DNA of 64,000 nt from NCBI RefSeq assembly GCF_009914755.1, contig NC_060944.1. One strand, given 5' to 3'. Under the pieces are notes generated by a model. That model worked only from the letters and a program-made list of their open reading frames with translations. It was not told the DNA's origin and did no database searches. This document shows positions 61,323 to 64,000 of this stretch, in pieces; positions within the stretch are counted from its first letter, which is position 1; every line of letters begins with the position of its first letter. Made by a program: the position numbers and the translations under genes. The DNA comes from the human T2T-CHM13v2.0 reference genome, Homo sapiens.

Positions 61323-63429
61323 CCTTTATTTTGTGTCTTCTTTTTCCTATTCCTGTCTTCTGCTTAATTCATCATACACAGTAATTCTCTTCTTTTAGAG
61401 TTTGCTCATAATTCTTTTTACTACTAAAGTTATACTCAATGCAAGTAGCAGAAAACCCAATTAGAGAGTCACAAACAAATAGGAGTTATTTTTCTTGCAC
61501 GAAACAAAACCTAGAGGTGGACCTACCATCAGGGACCCAGGTTTTTCTATCTTTTGCTTTATCATCCCATAACTTGGGGGCTTTTCCTCATTCTTATAGC
61601 TTTATGGCTGCAGGCTGGCAGCTGCACTTCCTCACATCCATGTACTACTAGGCAGGAGGGAATTGGGAAAGGCCAAATGGACAAAAAAAAAAGGCGTGCT
61701 CACTGAGGAGTTTTCTTTTTGTCAGAAAAGCAAAGACTTCTGGGAGTAGCACCCAAGGGGCTTTTGTTGTTGGCTAGAACTGTGCCAGGTAGCCTTCTAT
61801 AGCTGGAAGGAAGCCAGGAAGAAATTAAGAATGGGGCTTGGGGTCATATCATCTACAGTATCTCTCATGGATTTCATTCTAACATTTTTCAGCAAATTCT
61901 AAAGTCATTCAGTATTTCTATCCTTTTTCCATATGTGACCTAGACTTAGCACATTTTGTTTAAACATTGAACAACTTTCACAGTGTTTTCTTAATATAAA
62001 ATGAATTGGTTATTAATATTTTTTCAATCAGAAGTTAAGTGTATGTATCTATGTGTGTGTGTTTCTTTTCTTTTTTGTTTTTAATCAGTATCTGGCGTCA
62101 CTATTGTTTCAGGTATCCCATGCATTTTCTCCCAGTGATAAACATTTAATAGTTCTTTTAATGAGGGACTGTGGGAGTCTGTCCCTCATTGATTGATTGA
62201 TACTTAGTTTTTCAATGTCAGAAATTACTTTGCATTGAATCTTGGATGGCAGTTTATTTTACATGAGTATGAAATTTTAGGTCAACAGATATTTTCTGTG
62301 AATATTTTGAAGGCACTCTTCCATTTTCTGTAGATGAGACATCTGCCATTAGATTTTGTGATAACTTTTAAATTTTACAACTTTAAAAAAATCCCTGATA
62401 CTTTATGCTTTCACTATAGTGTCTAGATGTGGATTTATCTTTTTTGCTTTGTACTCAAAGGTGTTTTCATCTGAGGAATCATTTCCTCAATTTTGGCAGT
62501 CTCTAGTATACCCTCTTCAAATATGGTTTTCTACTATTCTCTTTGCTTTCTTTTTTCGGAAACTTTATTTCTGCCCTATTACTTGTGTTTATCATTTTTT
62601 CATATCGGTTTCCTATCAGCATTATCTCTTTCTGTATTATAATTTCTTACTCATTTTAATGAAATGATGTTTTTATTTCTTTAAACTTCTTAAATGTACT
62701 TGTTTAGAATTCAAATAGACTGTTCCAGAAATTATTTTTCTGGTTATTGACTTTGTTGGTCACTTTTCTTAATATTAGAATTCTTCATATACTTTGGAAT
62801 TTTGGTTTGGAGGCTCATTTTGAGTAGGCTGCTGCTTCTTCCTTTAAAAAAATTTTTTTTGGTGTTAATTTTTCCTCTGTTGCCCTTTGTATGCAATCCT
62901 TCCACCAATCTTGCTTTTTCTAAAAAATGGCCTCTTCTCACTGAGAACCAGCTTTCTCTTCTCTCTACTCCTTCACCATGGAGTCTAGAGCCAAGTCATA
63001 GAGCATATTATCAGTTCCATGACTCACTTTTTTTCATGTTTTAAAATCTTTCAGATTGGGATACATCTATAATTCATGGATATATCATTTTAACTGGCAA
63101 TATTTTTTCTTAGTGGTACATAGCAATATTCTTCCTTAACAATTATTGGCATCCTAGATTTGATGACATAGGTAATATAATTTCAGATCATCTGTCTTGC
63201 AGTGAATTAGATATTGTTAATCTATTAGCTGAGCCAGTGGGCAGCTCTGTTCAGTTCCTGAGGCTGTGTTTGTGTTTTCCTGCCTCCCTGTGTTTACAGC
63301 TTCCTATCATGCCAGTGCCCTAGGTCAATCTGTTAGCAGAAGTTTTCCTCTGGCGAGTCCTTCTCCATCCCACCCAGTGTGGCCTCAGGGGTTATCTCTC
63401 CCATTACTCTGCAGAATGGAACTTCCCAC

Positions 63430-63505
63430 TGCCCCTGCCAGGTCTGTGGTATCTACCCTGCCTCCTGTGCCCCTGCCAGTTCTGTGGTATCTACCCTGCC
63501 TCCTG
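63430..63505. repeat. 38-bp tandem duplication (1 mismatch)
   Basis: tgcccctgccagKtctgtggtatctaccctgcctcctg x2. Confidence 0.95.
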
Positions 63506-64000
63506 CTTATTTCAGGTCCATTTCTGTCTCATGAAATGGTTATCTCAGTTTTGAAGTGTCTTAACACTGTAATATTTTGTGGATGGTTTTAAGGAAATTG
63601 ATCATTGCCATAGGGATGCTTCAAAATAAGCACTTAACTGTATCATCTTGATGGGAGGTTCTTTGGTGCTTGTAGCAATTTCTTTTTTCTTTTCTTTTCT
63701 TTTTTTTTTTTTGTGGTGACGGAGTTTACAACTGGTGATTATACCTGACACTCTATTGTAATTGAGTCTATTGTCCCTTATTCTCAAGATTCAGATTTTT
63801 AATATCCATATTAAAATTCTTTTTGAAAATCCTCTAATTTTTAAAAATTTCCTGCTTTAGACAAATTTACTTTGTTATCATATCATTCTACCCTGTATAG
63901 GGTTAGAACAATAGCGATTCTTATTGGCCTCTTCTAGGTAGGAAAAATAACATAAAGCATTTGGACAATAAATTATCACTGAGGATGATCACAACTAAAA

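Overview
Primate (almost certainly human) genomic DNA, not microbial. The window holds the 5' end of SLX4IP (C20orf94, 20p12) on the + strand. A CpG-rich promoter is followed by non-coding exon 1 (donor after 457), a ~22.7 kb intron 1, and a 56-nt exon 2 (23188-23243) encoding the N-terminal peptide MASKKFAVK. The remaining ~41 kb is intron 2; exon 3 is not seen. The rest is about 35 Alu/FLAM elements, old L1M/L1PA, L2, MIR, MaLR/ERV1 solo LTRs and hAT/Tigger MITEs. Essentially all ORFs in the supplied track are repeat-derived or random. I cannot support a new multi-gene system. The most interesting signals are a ~50-bp-periodic array of YY1-type motifs in the promoter and correctly oriented cryptic RSS candidates that could explain the known RAG-mediated SLX4IP exon 1-2 deletion in childhood ALL. 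Others include a back-to-back heptamer hairpin, a Kozak-context near-cognate codon at the exon 1 end, and several unusual retrotransposition/repair scars. Repeat subfamily names and many boundaries are by-eye estimates.
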